Shown here: piece after piece, positions 62,031-64,000 of the stretch | How positions within the stretch are numbered: the stretch's first letter is position 1 | How the letters are laid out: every line of letters starts with the position of its first letter | From: Antedon mediterranea | Lineage: Eukaryota; Animalia; Echinodermata | NCBI RefSeq assembly: GCF_964355755.1 | Contig: NC_092679.1 | Span: 2,882,201-2,946,200 of the forward strand | DNA length: 64,000 nucleotides | Reading direction: 5' to 3' | Program-made: the position numbers and the translations under genes | Notes under the pieces: model-generated | Database searches by the model: none | The model's input: only the letters and a program-made list of their open reading frames with translations | Told to the model about the DNA's origin: nothing

Positions 62031-63674
62031 AAATAATAGCAGTACATACTTTCTATAATGAACTTTAAGTATAGAAACCAGATCGTCTATCAGTAAAACG
62101 TTCAATAAAAAGTGAATAATAGGTAGCATAGTACCTAAAGAATATAATCATTAGCAATCCACTGTACATTACAAATTGAGGTTCTCTACTGTAAATTATT
62201 AGAAAACTTACTAATTTGAGTGAACAACAAATACCTAGGTATAATATATGAATATATTTTAACGACGTCATCTTCTATTAAAATGAGTCAGCAGCCTCTG
62301 TAAGTCATTTTAAATTAGTATTTAATCAATGTATTTTGAAATTCTACTTAAATATATTATAGAAAACATTTAGTTTTAATGATTTGTGTTGACTAGTAAA
62401 AAAATGTAATGACCCTTTGTTTGAAAATAATTGGCAGATTATTTTAGCATTTAGTTTGGACAACAGTTCAAGGAGATTTTGTAGGATTTGATATTCTGTG
62501 TCATCAGTATGGGTCAATTCAAATTGTCTATGAAAGAAAATTTTTAAACATATTACTGTATTAAAAATATCATTCAACCTGAAATTATACCACAACATTT
62601 CCATCGCTAAATTATGAATGAAAAAATTATCGATAATTGAGAAATTATGTTAAAAACTTTCAATATATTACTGCTTTTGTTTTTTTATAGTTATAAAATG
62701 TATTGTATTTTGTGTTCTAAATACTTTGTTGAGGTTTCCACTAGTTGCAGTCAAAGTTCTTGTAAAGTTAAGGTATACTGTTATGAAGCCTTAAAATACT
62801 TTGTTATCCAAAGGCTTTTGAGCCTTTCCATTTTCTCATCAAAATGGTTTCACTTGAATTCCTCATAAATAGTTGGCATTTTATTAGGAGACCACTACAC
62901 CAATAAGAACAGTGTAATTCTTAGAATAAAGTCAATCATTATTGAGTAACTTATCCATTGTGCGTTTGGTTCCATGTAATGAACACATCGCACACCTATG
63001 TTTTAAGGGCATTTCTCAACACTGACCGCATAATTATTCCAAAACTATCACTTATTTATTTAGATGGAATACAGTAGATACAACAAAACAAATTTCAAAG
63101 ACGTGTGTTTGAGGAGTTGGCTATGTTCTTTTTCAAACAGTAATTGATTTTAATTAGTTGCGACAGATTCTATAATTTTAGGCAAGTAACCAATTTTAGG
63201 CAGGCAGTGAATTTTAATAGGTGTCAAGTAGTTCAGATTGTTGGTGGCGAATATTAGGAATTTACTTGAGCTGCATATATAAAGTTATCCAGTAAAAATG
63301 GTAATAAATTGCATATCATACATATCTATACTTGTTAACAATAAACATATTTAATTGAACTGACTAAATTATGTCAAACTATCCGGGTCAAAATATGGAG
63401 AGAAAAATGTACAATAAAGTGTACTAAAAAGACCAACCTAAATCATTGAGAAAAGGTTGATTACAGCATGAAAGTACCATAAAAAATGATTGAAAAGAAC
63501 AAAGGATATCTACAATATTTATTTATTTACTTGTGAAAAATTAAAATTAATTTGTTGCGTCAATTTATTGTAATTCTGTATGAGGGGTCAAGTGTACCTT
63601 GTTCTGTTTTCATACAAATATCATGTTCCTATAATTACCCTGAACAAGGTGTTTATTTACCTTCAAAAGTTCAC

Positions 63675-63983
63675 AAATATGATATCCTCCAAGCCAGACA
63701 TCATAGTCTCTCACCTGTCACATTTATCAATTAAAGAATTTCTGGTAATTGAGTCTAGCTTATACATGCATATTAATGAGGTCAGAGGTTGAAAGAAAAG
63801 TAAAGTTCTTGAAGATGATTCAAAGTTGATAAATATGATATCCTCCAAGCTAGACATCATAGTCTCTCACCTGTCACATTTATCAATTAAAGAATGTCTG
63901 GTAATTGAGTCTAGCTTGACATGCATATTAATGAGGTCAGAGGTTGAAAGAAAAGTAAAAATTCTTGAAGATGATTCAAAGTT
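63675..63983. repeat. 156-bp tandem duplication
   Basis: AAATATGATATCCTCCAAGC...GAAGATGATTCAAAGTT occurs at 63675 and 63831. Confidence 0.92.
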
Positions 63984-64000
63984 AAGAAGCATTCCATGTC

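Overview
This is AT-rich, intron-containing animal genomic DNA, not a prokaryotic locus. An invertebrate deuterostome such as an echinoderm is my inference, from the Deu/Nin-type SINE, gene style and repeats. Four protein-coding genes can be reconstructed exon by exon with GT-AG junctions and consistent phase: the last three coding exons of DESI2/PPPDE1 (+, 3275-13940), CCDC97 (-, 3 exons, 306 aa), WDPCP/fritz (+, 25 exons, 739 aa, head-to-head with CCDC97, start codons about 200 bp apart) and a clan-2 cytochrome P450 (-, 3 exons, 500 aa, tail-to-tail with WDPCP). Introns and intergenic DNA hold many small DNA transposons: about 19 copies of one Harbinger/Tourist-like MITE, a second CCAAT-bearing MITE family, Kolobok-, Academ-, Sola- and Crypton-like elements, a foldback element, and a Myb/SANT-carrying Harbinger derivative nested in a SINE. 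There are also SINEs, LINE tails and minisatellites. Most ORFs in the supplied track are spurious. The best leads are a decaying tandem array of the P450's own C-terminal codons in its 3'UTR, an 81-bp intronic array that repeats a splice acceptor just before the DESI2 catalytic-Cys exon, a probable cryptic promoter inside the DESI2 intron, and MITE-seeded minisatellites. I found no convincing wholly new biological system. All family assignments are from memory, without database searches.
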